Source: a virus. From it: a stretch of DNA of 39,723 bases. Shown in pieces: positions 39,275-39,723 of this stretch. How positions within the stretch are numbered: position 1 is the stretch's first letter; each line of letters opens with the position of its first letter. Below the pieces are notes generated by a model. It searched no databases. It was not told the origin of the DNA and worked only from the letters and a program-made list of their open reading frames with translations. Made by a program: the position numbers and the translations under genes. Where the stretch lies: the IMG/VR virus record IMGVR_UViG_3300038335_000064, positions 1 to 39,723 of that record; one strand, written 5' to 3'.

Positions 39275-39300
39275 CTGACGCACAGATGTTGGTGCAGCGA

Positions 39301-39723
39301 TCATTTATTGGCCTCGCGGTAGTCCTGCACGGCTGCTTGGAAGGCGCTAATCTGTTCGCCCAGCCAGGCGGTCTCGGTGGTGTCGGGCGGCGGTTCGTTC
39401 GCGCCCAGGTACAGCACGCCATGTGGCCCCAAGATGCGCGAGCCGGCCTGGTAGCGCTTGCGGGCGTTGACGACGCGGTGATGCCGCTGCCAGGCGTTGA
39501 TGAGCCGCTGTTGCGGCGCAGCGCGGTTGCCGGTGTGGTTGCACCACAGTCGGTACAGTTCGTAAACGCTGCTGCTGAGCGCGGGACACGGCGTAACGCC
39601 GGGGATGTCGCCGGAGATGAGCGCGTAGTAGAACCGCGCGGTGCTGTCGAGCGAGAGGCTGATCAGTTCGGATTTTGCTGACGTGACCGGCGGGGCTTGC
39701 CCGTTGCCAAACTCGCCCAGATC
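39301..39723 (-). CDS. Primase-helicase, C-terminal part (continuation of 1..2083; stop TGA at 39303-39301)
   Basis: The frame is continuous with bases 127..1 through the 127-bp overlap. It ends ...YQAGSRILGPHGVLYLGANEPPPDTTETAWLGEQISAFQAAVQDYREANK*. The total predicted protein is about 792 aa. The tail resembles the C-terminal domain of P4-alpha/D5-type primases. Confidence 0.8.
   Translation of the reverse strand, partial: DLGEFGNGQAPPVTSAKSELISLSLDSTARFYYALISGDIPGVTPCPALSSSVYELYRLWCNHTGNRAAPQQRLINAWQRHHRVVNARKRYQAGSRILGPHGVLYLGANEPPPDTTETAWLGEQISAFQAAVQDYREANK
39597..39723. repeat. 127-bp terminal direct repeat, copy 2 (identical to 1..127)
   Basis: Same as copy 1. Unique length is therefore 39596 bp. 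Confidence 0.95.

Overview
The window is one circularly closed, roughly 39.6-kb high-GC temperate phage genome. Bases 1-127 are identical to 39597-39723, so the sequence is written with a 127-bp overlap. One minus-strand primase-helicase gene runs across that junction.

Minus strand, in transcription order from the cro-like gene at 5594:
- Two Cro/YdaS-like HTH genes, small ORFs, a CII-like regulator and a TraR/DksA zinc-finger protein.
- A Toprim plus P-loop primase-helicase (2083 down to 1, continuing 39723 down to 39301), then an iteron-rich gap.
- A KilA-N protein and lambda-type terminase small and large subunits.
- A Mor-like activator, gpW, a lambda-family portal, a ClpP-protease/major-capsid fusion and a DUF2190 protein.
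- FII-, Z- and U-like connector proteins.
- A P2/Mu-type contractile tail: V, sheath, tube, E/E' with a TTTTTTG frameshift site, tape measure, U, X, D, W, J, I and a fibre.
- A lysis cassette: holin-like proteins, an SLT endolysin, Rz and Rz1.

Plus strand:
- A cI-like repressor operon carrying three unassigned membrane or WYL-like genes.
- After a minus-strand hicAB pair, a rightward accessory operon ending in DUF4224, a tyrosine integrase and an attP built on the 3' part of a tRNA-Asn-like gene.
- A gene fusing a lambda-Int-type arm-binding N-terminus to an HNH nuclease.

Most interesting:
- The cI-coupled membrane/WYL-like trio at 6184-7749.
- The Int-arm-domain/HNH fusion beside attP and its TGTCCAAAAC repeats.
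- The duplication of the primase C-terminal domain onto a KilA-N protein next to a convergent TGCGGGC iteron array.
- A 55-bp repeat immediately 5' of both gpW genes, one copy beside the Mor-like gene.

All family names come from reading motifs by eye. No database search was run.
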